In this document: positions 9,531-21,900 of the stretch, in pieces
How positions within the stretch are numbered: the first letter of the stretch is position 1
Layout: each line of letters opens with the position of its first letter
Origin: Azolla caroliniana
Lineage: Eukaryota; Plantae; Polypodiophyta
Direction: 5' to 3'
DNA: 64,000 bases
Assembly: GCA_043228905.1 (NCBI GenBank)
Contig: JBHGNT010000020.1
Location: forward strand, 14,198,001-14,262,000
Program-made: the position numbers and the translations under genes
Notes under the pieces: generated by a model
Told to the model about the DNA's origin: nothing
What the model saw: only the letters and a program-made list of their open reading frames with translations
The model's database searches: none

Positions 9531-12500
9531 ATGGCTAACAGCAAGTATGAGTACGTCAAGTCGTTTGAGCTTGAAGATCGTTTACTTCCTCAGACTTGGA
9601 TTGTTGTGAGAATCGATGGACGCTCTTTTCACAGGTACTATTCATAATATCCGAGAACCAGAAAGATTAAGAAACAGAGAGTGGCAAAAATAGGCAGAGA
9701 GAGGTTTTCAACAAGTATAAAGCAAAATAAAAATGCTAATAAAAAAAAATGAAATAAAATAAAAACTATATATATAGAAGAAGCCAGTTATGTTAATATC
9801 TTTTAAGAAACCAAAAGTGCCTATTAGACCGAACAAGAGACCAACATGTTGCTGGTATTTGAGAACAAACCAACATAAGTATAACTAAATATAGGGTAGT
9901 AATGAATCTAGCAAATTTCTGAACATAGATACTAAAAATGGTACCTTCCAAAAATCTCTAACATGGGACACCCCAAGATGGAGAAATCTCTGAAGTGAGG
10001 GAAACGCTTATGACGCCAGATGATAAAAAGGAAATAACTTTAAATTGTGCTACTTCTATAATGAGAGCCAAATTGGACTCGGTTCCATATAACATGAGGT
10101 TTCTAAATCGTTTTAGCCTTTCTAGTAGCTTGTTATCCAAAATCCATGCTTGAGAACTTGCATCTGGAGCACATATGTTCCATTGTGGATCCCTCGCTTT
10201 TGTGACTTGTTCACAGAATGGGATATGCTTGACATTTGCTGTTTCAGCTCGTTGATGATTGAACCTTCGGTAGCCATCTTTTCTTCATTTGCGAGGAGGA
10301 TAACAGCATGGGTGATTTCTCACTCAAATCTTTTACCTTCATTGTGAAAGGCAGTCCTATGCGTTTATGTAGGTTCTTGATTGCGTGTTAGATAGCAGCC
10401 TTAAGTTGTAAAGGGGGGCACATAAGCAGCTCCATTTGAAGTTTCCTACATTGTGGCAGCATTTTAAAGCAGTCCAGATCCTAACAAGTAATGATGTTAA
10501 TTAGTTTTATGTTGCTCAGATCTCCTGAATGCAAAGTATACATACACATTTCTTTTCTGGAAGGAAATGTGTGGGATAGAAAATGTCCTGAAAACAAGTT
10601 CAAATGTGATCGAAGGCTGAGCTATGATATATGGGTGTCTTGATCAAGTTCAAATTCAAGTAACTAGGTTTTTATAGAGAAGTTAATTAGAGATTTGGAA
10701 ACTGAACTTCAATGCATTAATGAAATCCCAATCTATATATAGATCACAACATAACATGTCTATTTGGTTTCTTGTTATTTGTGTCCTGTTAGCTTTATGT
10801 TAGCCTCTAGTTATCAAAAGCTGCAATGTATCATCTCTTCTTTTTCTGTTTGTTCCCAGGTTTGCAGATGTACATGACTTTGAAAAACCAAATGATATAA
10901 ATGCCCTAAATTTAATGAACGAGTGTGGCAAAGCTGTAATGGAGGATTTGCCTGACATTGTATTTGCATATGGTGTAAGTGATGAGTATAGGTAAGTCAT
11001 GAAATATTGATAATATATGTAACCGAATCAAATTATTGTAATATGTGGAAGCCATGTTATCAAGATCTGCTAAATAGTTATTCTAAAAGTATATCTAAAA
11101 TCAAATTGGAATCTTATATAACTTGGTTTATATTTGCAGTTTCGTAATTCACAAAGATAGCAATCTATATAGGAGACGTGCAAGGTATGTCCTATATTTT
11201 AATACACATTGAGTGAAAATGTGCACAGTTCTAATCTCACAAGATAGTATCCATCCTTGTTCCATCAACAAATAGGTTGAATATATGCTATGAGTCTAGA
11301 CATCATGCGGGTTGGAATAGTTGTATATGTCTGAGAGTCAATTCAACCAAATTGATACTCAAGGATGAGAAGTGAGATTAATATCATTTAGTTCATAGAA
11401 TGAAATAGAGAAAATTCAAAATTCGATCTTATGTGAAAATTTGGGACTTAAATCCTCAACGTCGTATCCTTTTATGTTATTAGAAACAGATGCTCAGCCC
11501 ATACAGTTGGTAGTCATGCAAAGAGTATACAAGTATATCACAAAAATCAAGAATATGCCCGATCACATATTGCCAAAACAGGCTTGGAACATAAGATGCA
11601 AGGTACAGGAAATGAATAAGCGCAAAATTCTCTTATCTGGCTAGATGCTTGACATTATGAAATGGTTTAAAATATAGGGTGTATTGGAGCTCTATATGAA
11701 GTATGTAATCACCGATGATAGATTACTAAGGTCACTAAGAAGTGTCAAGATACCAAAATGTCAAAATTGAAATATTACATTGCAAATGTTTACTCCAATA
11801 CAAGGTAAAAGTGACTAAAATGTATCCAACATTAGCCTTGGACCTCAAAGATCTTAGCAGTTCTTCGAACTTGCTCACACAAGCTAGATGTTGAGGTAGC
11901 ATCATGGTATCATCACCCAATTATGAAGATATGCAATGAAAACCTAGTGGAGGAGGAATATCTGTTACTGCTCGCATGCTCAGAAGCTCAGAATATAATA
12001 ATTTGCAAGAAGTATGATGATTTGTTAGATGGGCATGATAAAGTAAGTGTCATATTCAAATCTTTACCAAGAAGGGTGATCACATATATGTGTTTTGTTT
12101 TCACATAAAGAGTTTTTACTACAAAGTAGTAACCCCCTTTCTTAGGAAGGAGTCAATACATTATGATATGTTTATTTTGTCCCATGAGTTGAAATTGATC
12201 TCTCATAGACAATAAAAAATTTATTCTACTCTATTCTTGGATTTTGGGATGATCTAATTAACATGGAGCCTAATTTTTATGACTTTTGTTGATCTTCAAT
12301 TCACAGCAAGCTCGTGTCAGTTATTGTATCGCTTTTTGCTGCAACATATGTTTTCAAATGGCCTACCTTATTTCCAAATAAGAAACTACAATATTCTCCT
12401 GCTTTTGATGGAAGGGCTGTTTGCTATCCTAACAAGTTAGTTCTGAGGGATTATATTTCTTGGCGCCAAGTTGACTGTAATCCATTTCTTCCTTTGCCAT

Positions 12501-13191
12501 GATTTTTTAGTTTTTATATGTTTTTTATGTTTAATCTTCTTGCTATGTTTTTTTAGGTCATATCAACAATCAATATAATACATGCCTTTGGACTATGGTA
12601 AAGAAGGCAGGAAAAAGTAAGGATTGCGCAAACAAAGAGCTACAAGTAAGGGTTATAACTTAATTGCGCAAACAATATTGTGGTTGTTATTAAAAGAAAT
12701 GAACTTCTTTGTACTTACCCTCTTTTCTTTGTTAAGGTCTTTGTTAGTTGTAGAAAATCTTACAGAACAATTATTATGTGAACTATTCTGAATTCCTGTT
12801 AAATATATGTCCAGAAGTGTTTACTTCCTTATTCATTTATTACATAATTCTGACTGCAGGGAACGAGAGCCGACTTCAAAAATGAAATGCTTTTCAAGGA
12901 ATTTGGTATTAACTATAATACCCTTCCGCCAATATTTCGGAAAGGATCATATATTTTTAGAAGAAAGGTATTATGTATGTATGAAGTTATACATTCTTCC
13001 CTCTCGGTCCTTGTGTGCATGTGTATTAAATCTTAGCATCTTTTTAAGAGGGAGGGCATTTTTTTTCTTTGTATCAGGTGGCAGATGTTGAAGCTCCTAC
13101 AAAGAAGTCCAAATATGCGCTGACCATTGAACATGGAGACATTATTGGTGACGAATTTTGGGAAGTAAATTCCCACATTCTTGAAGTCTAA
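9531..13191 (+). CDS. THG1: tRNA(His) guanylyltransferase (Thg1 family), single catalytic unit, 253 aa, 7 coding exons
   Basis: Exons 9531-9634, 10860-10991, 11140-11184, 12307-12476, 12557-12645, 12860-12967, 13078-13191; all introns GT-AG, 762 nt in frame. The translation contains [78 protein letters not shown] and FRKGS. Confidence 0.93.
9950..10480 (-). mobile_element. Probable decayed L1-like LINE 3' fragment in Thg1 intron 1
   Basis: Minus-strand frames give broken PFCEQ...[12 protein letters not shown], resembling the zf-RVT CCHC motif; many stops and frameshifts. Boundaries approximate. Confidence 0.3.
11345..12238 (+). mobile_element. Decayed RTE/L2-like LINE 3' fragment in Thg1 intron 3
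   Basis: Remnant peptides [33 protein letters not shown] and [25 protein letters not shown]. Ends in AATAAAAAATTTATTCTACTCTATTCT, a short-repeat tail. Homologous to the relic at 61521-61990. Confidence 0.65.
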
Positions 13192-13937
13192 GGAAGACCC
13201 CTCCATCAATCTATGGAATGATGGCATGTCAATTTATTAGCATTAACAGGATCTTAGATCATGTACTATTAATGCTCTCGGTTAGTTCATCTACTGTAGT
13301 AAGAAGATAGCAATGTACCATTAAAATTGCAGTGTCCTTGGAGGGCAATGAGTTTTTTGTTTTAGGGACTAACTCCTTATAATGATGATGCCTTTGTCTT
13401 TTGTTTGCCATAATATATTTTATGGGCATGGATTTATCCCTTGAACCTTGTCTCAACAAGGGTCCATGATTTGGAACAAATGTCTGATGGAGGCATCAGC
13501 AAATGATTAGCATGTGAATTTATAGCAATGAGCCCAAACTGCATCTTGCAGCATTGGAGTTTTGGTTATAGAATTATGACATGGGACCTCTAAGAAACCT
13601 TATGTAGTAGAACTTCACAATTTGATATGTGCCTAGATTGAAGTGTCTGAAGCATGTTGAGTTTAATGTATGCATAACTGATTGTAATGGAATAAGTTGA
13701 AGGTTTCAAACAAAGGTTAACTGGAATGTTGCCCACTATAACTGAAAATGTAGTTGCTTGATATGAGCTTCCTAGATTGAAGGAATATGAAGCACCTCAT
13801 GAGCTAGGGTCTAGGGTCTATGTAAATTGTTTTTCCAAATTGGTAAAAATAGCTGATTGTGGTATTTATATCATGCAAGTGTACTTCCCATAAGTTTTCT
13901 TTTTCTCTGATATTTAGTACAGTACATTTAGCACTAC

Positions 13938-14283
13938 TAAGTGCTTGAATGAGGATTGCTTTACTAATGGAGATGTCTCAAGAAGGATAAGAGACTTGTA
14001 CAATTCATTTTTTTGAATATCATGCATGTGTATCCCTGCAATAACTATACTATTCATTGTCTGATCTTTAATACAGTACAAATAGCCCTAAAGAGCTTGA
14101 AGTAATCTATTGCTTACTTCACCAGACGGCTTGAGGAGGGTCATGCTAAGAAACTTGTGCAACCCATTGCTTGATCCATTTGTATCATCCAATGTTTTAA
14201 TGAAGAACAAATATTACTAAAGAGCTTGAATAAGGATGTAAACAGATGGCCTACTTCATGAGATGGCTTAAGGAGAGTAATGA
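13938..14283. repeat. Old degenerate ~130-150 bp tandem array, left part, interrupted by the outer Copia insertion
   Basis: Recurrent blocks AAGAGCTTGAA...TACTTCA..AGA.GGCTT...TAAGAAACTTG..CAATCCAT...ATCCATTTG.ATCATCCAATGTTT. The unit broken at 14283 resumes after the element at 24858. Confidence 0.6.
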
Positions 14284-14464
14284 TGTTGAGAATGTTTAAA
14301 AGTTATAACGGCTAGTTAGTTTCAACAGCTAGTTAGCCCAACGGCCAGATCTTGGCCTTGATAAAGAGGGACTTTCTCCACATGTAAATAGAAAAGATCT
14401 CTGTATTTTTCTCCCTCCTAACAATGTATATTACTGAACAAATGTGCTTTCTCATATTTCTTTA
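14284..14464 (+). repeat. 5' LTR of outer Copia (181 bp, TG...TA)
   Basis: Matches 24665-24857 apart from 4 substitutions and one 12-bp indel (compared by eye). Confidence 0.95.
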
Positions 14465-14641
14465 TGGTATCAGAGCATAGATCCGCCCCTCTGCAAAACC
14501 CTAGATCTGTCCTCTACAGAACCCTAGATCTACCCTTCTGTTGGTATGACAGTGATTGGAACAGCACTGTCCTAGCATTCAAGAGAGGAAAGGGGGTTTT
14601 TTTTTGTTTCATTTGGGATGACATTGCTATGTGATTGAGAG

Positions 14642-17600
14642 GTGACTTGGGAAAAAAGTCAGAAGAGGAAAGCAGAGATAGGCCAACTTGACAAGATGGA
14701 TGATGTGTTCTCAAAATTGAATGAAGATGAGGTGAAAACATTGGTGAAATACATGAAACATGCTGAGATTGTAGCATTTGGAGGTGTGACAGGAATACAA
14801 CCACCACCCCGACTTGAACTCCTCCCAATTGAGTTCAAACTCGATGGACCAGCCACATACTTGAGCTGGTCGCGTCGGATGATAGGTGCCTTGGCAGGGA
14901 GAAGCCTTGACGGCTACCTTACGAGAGAAGAGAAAGAGCCTCCTATCAAAACGAGCAATGAATGGAAAGCATGGAGAGCTACCCACATGTCATTGTACAC
15001 GTGGCTTCTCAACTCCATGATTCCATCAATCGCCACAACAGTTGATGGAATTTTAAGTGTGAAGGAGATATGGGAGAAATTGCAAAAGACGTATGCAGGG
15101 AGGGGAAACAACATGAGAGTATTTCAAATCGAGTAGGTGAGATGTTGTTTGCCAGGGAGATAGGATGATTCAGGAATATGCCATAGAGCTAGAGCGCCTA
15201 TGGGCAGAATACGATCATTTCTCGCCTGTGACAATGTGCAATGATCCTCAGTGTAAGAGCAAGGAAATTTCTGCTCAAAGAAGAACTATGCAATTTTTGA
15301 AACATCTCAACCCATCATTTGATCAAAGAAGGGCAGTTCTTCTAGCCAAGGCTGAAATTCCTACACTTGATGAGGCAATCGCGACTATGATACAAGAGGA
15401 GAGTAGAATGAAGCTGCTCTCTGACACTGCCGAACTTCCAGGGGTGCGATCGGAACTAAAGGTGTCAAATTCAAGCGGAAGTGAAAATCGAAAATGCTAC
15501 AATTGTGGTGAAGTTGGTCATTTCAAGAATGCTTGCCCTAAACCATCTAAGGAGAGAGAATATGGAGGACGTGGGCAAACTAGAGGTTGTGGTCGAGGGG
15601 GCTGAAGAGGTGCAAGAGGAGGTTACCAAGCAAACTTGATGGTATCAAAAGAAGAGGAAGGAACCAAGGTGGTGTTCACCGAAGAGGATCAAGCTCTCTT
15701 AGAAATACTTAGGAGGAAGCAAAGAGCCGCAGATGATACTTCATTCATGTTAAGGGGTAACATTGCCACCTATACTTATTCGGCCACAAGTACTAGCAAC
15801 ACAAATACTCTTGCCTCTGCACCAGAATGGATAATTGATTCTGGTGCATCTAGGCATGTAACGGGTAATGCTAGTGAATTCTCCTCGTATACTCACTTAG
15901 CAATGCGAAAAAGCATTCAAATTGCTGACGGTACTACACAACCTGTAGTGGATATAGGTACAGTAAAATGTACCGACTCTGTGACATTGTCTAATGTGTT
16001 GCATGCTCCTTCTTTCTCAGTAAACTTATTATCTATAAGTTCTATCGTACACCAACTAAAATGTGTTGTTTCTTTTGATATTCCCAAGGTGATATTCCAA
16101 GAGAAAGGGACAGGTTGGAGACTTGGGACTGGCACATGGCATAGTGGACTATGGTGTTTGGATTGTGAAGGGCTGGATTCAACATTAGCATCTATGGTAG
16201 AGGGAATAGATGTAAGGGGATCTAAAATGAGTTATGAGGACTTGTTAATACTTCACCACCAACGCATGGGACATGCCTCTTATGGCATTTTGAGTCAGGT
16301 GTATCCACCCCTTTTGAAAAGGCAGATAAAACAAAACTTGTTTGTGATGCATGTGAATTTGGTAAGCTTACTAAAAGTTCATATGCTAGTTCAGGTCATA
16401 GGAGCTCCAATGCATTTGATGTAATACACTCCGATGTTTGGGGACCATGTCCCACAAGTTCTATTAATGGATATCGATATTTTGTCTCTTTCATTGACTG
16501 CTTCTCTCGTGTGACATGGTTATATTTGATGAGAAAAAAGAATGAAGTATTTGCTTGTTTTAAAGATTTTCATAGAGCAGTTCAAACTCAATATGGTGCA
16601 ATAGTAAAAGTGTTGAGGTCTGATAATGGAACAGAGTATGCTAACATGACATTTAGGGCATACCTCTCAGATCAAGGAATACAACATCAAACTACATGCC
16701 CATATACACCAGAACAAAATGGAGTAGTGGAGAGGAAGAATAGGCATCTTCTAGAGGTAACGAGAAGCATGATGATTTCTATCAATGTCCCAAAGTAGTT
16801 GTGGGGACAAGCAGTTTTGACGGCTGCCACATTGATCAATAGAATGGCCTCTAGAGTATTGGAGTGGAAGTCTCCATGTGAGTTGTTGCAAGGCAATAAC
16901 TCTGGAATCCTTCCTTTGAAGGTATTTGGATGTGTGTGTTTTGTAAAGGACAGTAGACCATCTGTAGGAAAACTTTATCCTAAAGCTGTAAAATGTGTAT
17001 TTGTGGGATACTCTGCCACACAAAAAGGCTATGTTTGTTGGAGTCCAGTAGAGAAGAGATTATTTGTGAGCATGGATGTGCATTTCAGAGAGTCAGAGCC
17101 ATATTATAAACAAGGGGTAACTTCACCCTTTGATGACTTAATTCAGACTGAAAATATGAGGGAAGGAGATAATTGTGAGAGGTTGCTAAAAATAGGATCA
17201 ATTCCTTTGTTGATCCCTACATCAGCTGAGAAACAAGTGAGCGTAGGAGGTACGGAAGAAGAAGGAAACGAAGACGAGGAGCCTATATGTGTTGGGACTC
17301 AAGCTGAGGGGGAGCTAAAGGTGTATACAAGGAAGAGGAGGCAAAAAGACAGAAATGTGAACACGTCTTCAGCACCACATGTGCCATCAAGTTCCATGTC
17401 CCGACCTGCCTCGACTTCTGAAATACCTACAGAACTCCCGAACCTAGAAATCACAGGTGATATGATTTCCTCTCCTCCTATCAAGATTAGGAGGACCTCT
17501 CGCAGTAATGCAGGGGTCCCTCCTAATCGTTATGGTTTTCCTCATGATATTGCTCAGTTTATCTCTTATTCTAACATATCAGCTACACATAGAGCATTCA

Positions 17601-18006
17601 TTGCATCATTAGACTTTGTCACTTTACCCAAGTGTTGGCAGGTTGCTAAAGAATATCCAAAATGGAAAGCAGCCATGCAAGAAGAACTCGGAGCTCTTGA
17701 GAAGAACAAAACTTGGGAGATTGTGTCACTACCACCAGGAAAGAAGGCGGTTGGGTGCAAATGGGTGTTTACAATAAAACAGACCCCAGAGGGAAAAATA
17801 GATCGATACAAGGCACGATTGGTGGCTAAAGGATATAGTCAGACATATGGCATTGACTATGATGAGACTTTTGCACCTGTGGCAAAGATGAGCACTGTTA
17901 GAACACTTATTTCCTTAGCATTGAATAAGGATTGGAAATTACATCAATTAGATGTAAAAAATGCATTCCTTCATGGAGAGTTGATGGATGAAGTGTACAT
18001 GGATGT
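14642..18006 (+). pseudogene. Outer Copia gag-pol, 5' part (Gag, zinc knuckle, protease, integrase, RT N-half)
   Basis: CYNCGEVGHFKNAC, WIIDSGAS, HQRMGH, LRSDNGTEY, QNGVVERKNR, YKARLVAKGYSQ, LDVKNAFLHG. Premature stops at ~15134, ~15603 and ~16796; frameshifts near 15140 and 16310. Confidence 0.92.
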
Positions 18007-18173
18007 TGTCGAATACAAGTGTATAATGGACGTATTCACACTATCCCTTTGGGCCATTTGTGTAATTAGCATAAATGGTAGTTGCCCTAAGTCGGTCACT
18101 ATATATAGTGACCTTGTAACCTTTTTGTAAGGTTGGGTGTTGTATTATTGTTTCTATTGAATAGAAAGTCTTT

Positions 18174-18220
<47 letters not shown>

Positions 18221-18305
18221 AACGACCTAGAAACTGTCATACGCAGGTAAAGAACAGAATCGAATGCTTCTTGATCTTCGCATCGACACGGCCTTGTCTC
18301 CAACA
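18007..18305 (+). repeat. 5' LTR of inner Copia (299 bp)
   Basis: Identical to the 3' LTR except for the internal microsatellite and a 1-bp indel. The TATA box sits inside the palindrome GGTCACTATATATAGTGACC. Confidence 0.96.
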
Positions 18306-18986
18306 TCTGGTATCAGAGCCTGCACAGTAGTCGGTCCTTCAATCCGCTGTCGGCCGTCGTCTCAGCCTGCACAGCATTCGGTTTCCTGTGTCATTCGAAG
18401 AAGAGAGAAGAAGAAGAGAAACGAGGCTTGCATCTCATCGCGTTAGATCATCTTCGCTTGGAGTAAGCCAGCAGGTTGTACTCTGTCCCTTGTGATCGTA
18501 ACCGCTCGAGGTGAAATCCCCTTGTGCAACATTGACACGATCGTGCTCCATTCGGTTAAACGGCATCCGAAGAGGTCATCAAACGCTGCTCGCCGCTCAT
18601 TGTAACCACTCGGTGCAGATCGGTCTCAAGACAACAACCCAAATTCGTGCTTCATCTGGCTGATCGACATTCGGGAGGATCAGTTGGATCCGTCTCTCTC
18701 GTTGCTGCAGTCAACCGAAGCAGAATCGGTCCAGATAATCGGTTTCAATAATCGGTATTCGGCATATATATCCGAAGCGAACCGGGCTCACTCCGACTCG
18801 GCAACATTCGGGAAGACCAGTCGGTTCTGTCCCTCAAGCTACCGGAGTCAATTCGAGCAAGTTCCGAAGCCGAACCGACTCGGGTTCAAATCCGACTAGA
18901 ACGATATCGGGTGAGCCAACCGGCTGCACTCCAACAAGGTTCGTAGTCAACTCTGAACCGAGCTCCGTCAACCGAAACCAAATTTG

Positions 18987-21900
18987 ATGGCATCAACATC
19001 CGGCTCGTCAGAAATGAGTCTACGAAAGTTCGATGGATCGAACTTCAACTTCTGGAAGGAACAAATGCAGGACTATCTCATAGTCAAGGGGCAAATCGAT
19101 CCCATCGAAAATGAAGAACCTCCAGAAGGATACAAACCAATTGAGTGGCAGAAGCTGGACAGAATCGTCCGCGCCACGATTCGGATGCACCTATCGGAAT
19201 CGGTATACTTTACGGTGCAATCGTGTACGACAGCATTCGAACTGTGGAAAACACTGTCAGACACTTACGAAAAGAAGGTCGCCGCAACAAAGATGTTTCT
19301 GATCCGGCGCCTCTACAACTTGCGGATGAAAGAATCCGACTCGGTTCAAGCACACCTCAATGAGTACGAAAGCATAAGCTCCCAAATCTCGTCACAGGGG
19401 ACGGCAATCGAGGATGAACTCAGAGCAATGATACTCATGAGTAGCCTTCCCTCATCATGGGAAACTTTCGTCACAACCGTGTGCAACGCGTCAACCACGG
19501 CTGTTAAATACTCCGAAGTCACGAGCGCAATCCTGACCGAAGCAGCTCGGAGAAAGTCTTTCGCCAAAGACTCAACAGACGACGCTTATGTAGTACAAGA
19601 TTCGACAGACCGATCGAACATACGAGGAAGAGATTCCTCACGGCCGCCGAACAATCAGCGAAGACGGAGCCAGTCACGGGATAATCGAATCTGCAACTAC
19701 TGCAAGAAACCCGGACACATCAAAGCCGACTGCCGCGCACTCAAGAACAAGAACGACAAGTCTCAGAAATCAGACAAGAAGAGTGGCCGGCATGAGGAGA
19801 TCAATTACGTCAGCTTCTCAGCTGATGTGCTACCAGACGACCCGAATATACTATCAATCGAAAATCCAGTCGGATCAGAAGTCCTACTCACGACTGAAGA
19901 GTCGAGCACATGGCTCTTAGATTCGGGCGCGTCATTTCACGTGACTCCTCATCGATCCCAATTTCGGCAATATACGATCCGTCACTCCGACTCAGTTCGA
20001 GTCGGCAACTCACAACACTGTGACATCATCGGAATCGGCACAGTAGAGCTCAACCTTGCAGGTGGCTCTACACTTGTACTCCACAATGTCCGACATGTAC
20101 CCGAGCTCTCAAGGCCATTGATCTCAGTCGGACAACTAGATGAAGACGGCATTCGTGTCGGTTTTTCTTCGGGAGGGTGGACACTCCACAGGGGGAACCT
20201 CCTGCTTGCTAGAGGACCCAAGATACACTCCCTGTATCCGTTACATGTTACGCTTAGAGAGGGTAACCTGTTTTTGGTGGATATTCCTGTGTCATCACTA
20301 TGGCACCGAAGATTAGGACACCTCAGCAAGGCCGGCATTACGCATCTATCTAGAGCCGGATACATCCCCAAACTCTCCTTCTCCGACCATCAATTCTGCG
20401 AGCATTGCCAGTATGGCAAACAAGCAGCCGCATCACACCCGACATCAGCACCAAGAGAAACGAGACCTCTCGATTTAGTCCATTCGGACGTCTGTGGCCC
20501 AATGCCGCATCAGTCTCTAGGCGGTGCCTCTTACTTCGTCAGTTTTATTGACGATTCGACTCGAAAGGTGTGGGCTTATCCAATTCGCACCAAAGATCGT
20601 GTCTTCTCGATCTTCTCCGATTGGCTCGCTATGGTAGAAAATCAAACCGACCGAAAGCTGAAATGCTTTCGGACAGACAATGGGGGAGAGTTCAAATCCG
20701 AAGAATTCGTCAAATTCTGCCGACAACGCGGCATCCGACGTGAATTTACGGCACCACACAGTCCGGAGCAAAACGGGATTGCAGAACGAATGAATCGGAC
20801 AATCCAAGAAAGGATAGTTTCCATGCTCCAACACTCCGGACTGTCGGATGGCTTCTGGGCAGAGGCTCTACTCACGGCAGTACACATAATCAATATGTCG
20901 CCAAGTAGACCTCTAGGACTTCAAATTCCTCAGGAACTATGGATCGGCAGTAAGCCGAATTACGACAAGCTGAGGATCTTCGGATGCGAGGCGTACGCCC
21001 TTATTCCGAAAGATGATCGCCGAAAACTTGCACCTCGGTCCAGGAAATGCATTTTCCTTGGATATGGATCAGACGGCGAAATGGGATACCGACTCTGGGA
21101 CCCCGAACGCAGACAAATCGTTCGAAGTTCGGACGTTGTGTTCAACGAGTCGGCTATGAATCCATCAGTCGAAAAACCGATCGAAGTCCGAAGGGTAACA
21201 TTTTCCGATGTGCCGACCCTTCAAGAAGGCCCCGCTCTCAACACACGGTCAGCTTCACGGGTAGCTGAACCTTATACTACCGACTCGGACAACCCCGACT
21301 CGGCACAGCAGAACAATCCGCTTTCGGACCATCCGACCATGATACCCGATGCGACCAGTCCAATCATACCTCGACGATCCGAGAGACTGTCGCAACCTCC
21401 GGAGAGGTACTCTCCTGGAATTTTCTTCACCGACGCCGGCGAACCAACGTCTTACGAAGAAGCATCGACATCTGTCGATTCAGCCACCTGGCATCTGGCG
21501 ATGGAGTCGGAAATGCACTCCATTCGGGCAAACAAGACTTGGGATCTGGTCGAATTACCTAAGAATCGACGTGCTCTTCCTTGCAAGTGGGTTTATCGAC
21601 TAAAAGAGACGTCTGATTCGACCACCCCAAAGTACAAAGCCAGATTAGTTGCGAAGGGCTTCCGACAAGAATATGGCGTCGACTTCGACGAGATTTTTTC
21701 ACCAGTGGTAAAAATGACAACCCTTCGTTTCCTACTCGGCGTAGTGGCAGCCGACAACTTGGAGCTGATTCAGCTAGATGTCAAAACAGCCTTCCTCCAT
21801 GGTGATCTTGACGAGGAAATTTATATGGAGCAGCCAAAAGGCTTCGTGGCGACTGGCCAAGAACATCTAGTCTGCCGACTCAGGAAGAGTCTATACGGCC

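Noticed and set aside
18007-18130. Unusual C-terminus of ORF 16799-18130, and the twin ORFs at 18133 and 23338
   Set aside because: Read-through into, or chance frames within, the inner LTRs.
18883-18893. B-box match GGTTCAAATCC in the inner Copia leader
   Set aside because: No A box at a suitable distance and no cloverleaf; a lone match in GC-rich sequence.
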